Shown here: piece by piece, positions 63,101 to 64,000 of the stretch | Layout of the letters: each line of letters opens with the position of its first letter | Numbering within the stretch: the first letter of the stretch is position 1 | Assembly (NCBI GenBank): GCA_950097015.1 | Contig: CATNEN010000029.1 | Coordinates: forward strand, 7,254,001 to 7,318,000 | Origin: Macrostomum hystrix | Taxonomy: Eukaryota; Animalia; Platyhelminthes | DNA length: 64,000 nucleotides | Direction of reading: 5' to 3' | The notes under the pieces: model-generated | Told to the model about the DNA's origin: nothing | The model's input: only the letters and a program-made list of their open reading frames with translations | Databases searched by the model: none | Program-made: the position numbers and the translations under genes

Positions 63101-64000
63101 ACTGAGCAGCAGGCTGTGAAAGCCAGCGATGACGATCAGTGGGCCTGGTGCCTTCCCAGCCTGCTCGGCGAAGTTCTAGAGCAGCTCGTGCTCAGTCGGA
63201 GCGGTGTTCGATGCGGAGCCGCTGACGGCGGCAGCGGCGGTGGCAGCATCAGGAGCAGCGTCAGGGCAGCTGCCAGCAGCGGTGGTGGCGGCAGCAGCAG
63301 CGGCGAATGCACCGATCGCGGAGGACTGTTTATGACCTTCCGGTCGCGCGGAGGCAGCATGGCGGTGTGTTTGAGTTTTTTCTTCAGTGTATTCCAGCCC
63401 TTATTTCAGTGTTTTCCAGCCCTTATTTCAGTGTATTCCAGCCCTTATCTCAGTGTATTCCAGCCTTATCTCAGTCTATTCCAGCCTTATCTCAGTGTAT
63501 TCCAGCCTTATCTCAGTGTATTCCAGCCTTATCTCAGTGTATTCCAGCCTTATCTCAGTGTATTCCAGCACTTATCCCAGTGTATTCCAGCCCTTATCCC
63601 AGTGTATTCCAGCCCTTATCCCAGTGTATTCCAGCCTTATCTCAGTGTATTCCAGCCTTATCTCAGTGTATTCCAGCCTTATCTCAGTGTATTCCAGCAC
63701 TTATCCCAGTGTATTCCAGCCCTTATCCCATTGTATTCCAGCCCTTATCCCAGTGTATTCCAGCCCTTATCCCATTGTATTCCAGCCCTTATCCCAGTGT
63801 ATTCCAGCCCTTATCTCAGTGTATTCCAGCCCTTATGTGAGTGCATTACAGCCCCTATCGGCTAACTCCGTGCATTCCGGCTATATATCAAATGTGTACA
63901 ATCTCCTGTATTCAAGTCTGGACCTGTCTTTTGTCTGTCAGTCCACAGTCGACAGCTTCAAATCGACGGCTTCGTGTCGCGATGACGGCGCCGGTGCCGG
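60187..64000 (+). CDS. SMCR8: SMCR8-like longin/DENN protein, 5' part; exons 60187..60308, 60564..60795, 61209..61291, 61805..61935, 62408..62625, 62718..62846, 63110..~63364, ~63949.. (continues past the window)
   Basis: N-terminus MIPAFEVAQFVSDE (cf. MISAPDVVAFTKEE), LILVEFDQIVG (cf. LISEFSEQVG), FTVYDVEGRGLVRNCCLCF (cf. LTLYDLEARGFVRPFCMAY) and LRNLEYT. Splice phases are consistent through exon 7; the boundaries of exons 5-8 are less certain. Confidence 0.82.
60416..60530 (+). mobile_element. SINE family B, 3' half, in SMCR8 intron 1
   Basis: GTGTGTGCTCAGG..CTCGCTAGCTGCGGGTCTAGTGTCACCAAA..CTGCAATCATT followed by an (ATT)n tail. Confidence 0.75.
60815..61165. repeat. 21-bp minisatellite filling SMCR8 intron 2 (TTAGCTTGGTTCTGGTGATAG)
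   Basis: Tandem repetition starting ~20 nt after the donor. Confidence 0.92.
61463..61762 (+). mobile_element. SINE family A, best-preserved copy, in SMCR8 intron 3, probable target-site duplication
   Basis: A-box TAGCCTAGTGG and B-box GGTTCGATTCC; TTAGAATAAA occurs on both flanks (61442-61451 and 61764-61773). Confidence 0.93.
61965..62340. repeat. 35-bp minisatellite in SMCR8 intron 4
   Basis: Tandem GACACTGATTGGAGTGACATTTTGACAAACTCTGG. Confidence 0.9.
62880..63050. repeat. 34-bp minisatellite in SMCR8 intron 6
   Basis: Tandem GTATCGGGCTGAAGGAGTGGAGGATTCAGTGGCT. Confidence 0.92.
63385..63835. repeat. 21/22-bp minisatellite in SMCR8 intron 7
   Basis: Tandem CAGTGTATTCCAGCCTTATCT. Confidence 0.93.

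Overview
Eukaryotic (animal) genomic DNA, not prokaryotic. It has GC-rich spliced exons, GT-AG introns mostly filled with locus-specific minisatellites, and tRNA-derived SINEs. This architecture resembles a Macrostomum-type flatworm (inference only). Gene models were spliced by hand and phase-checked. In window order: terminal exon of NTAN1 (+); a 2-exon single-pass membrane protein (-); an intronless coiled-coil ORF (-); a candidate Thr-rich mucin exon interrupted by SINEs (+); two tandem coiled-coil paralogs (+); an intronless hnRNP A1-like 2xRRM gene (-); a 9-exon SLC24/NCKX exchanger (-); a dead mariner transposase (+); a 5-exon ARM-TIR-SAM protein with an intact predicted catalytic Glu (-); intronless MBLAC2 (-); and the 5' part of an intron-rich SMCR8 (+). 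There are two SINE families: A (CORE-type, 6 copies) and B (4 copies). About 30 tandem arrays are present, including an 8.8-kb 28-bp satellite with 840-bp higher-order structure. The best leads are the ARM-TIR-SAM protein (a possible SARM1/bacterial-type NADase) and several fold-back/iterated-insertion scars that suggest how the minisatellites originate. No CRISPR array, rRNA or true tRNA gene was found.
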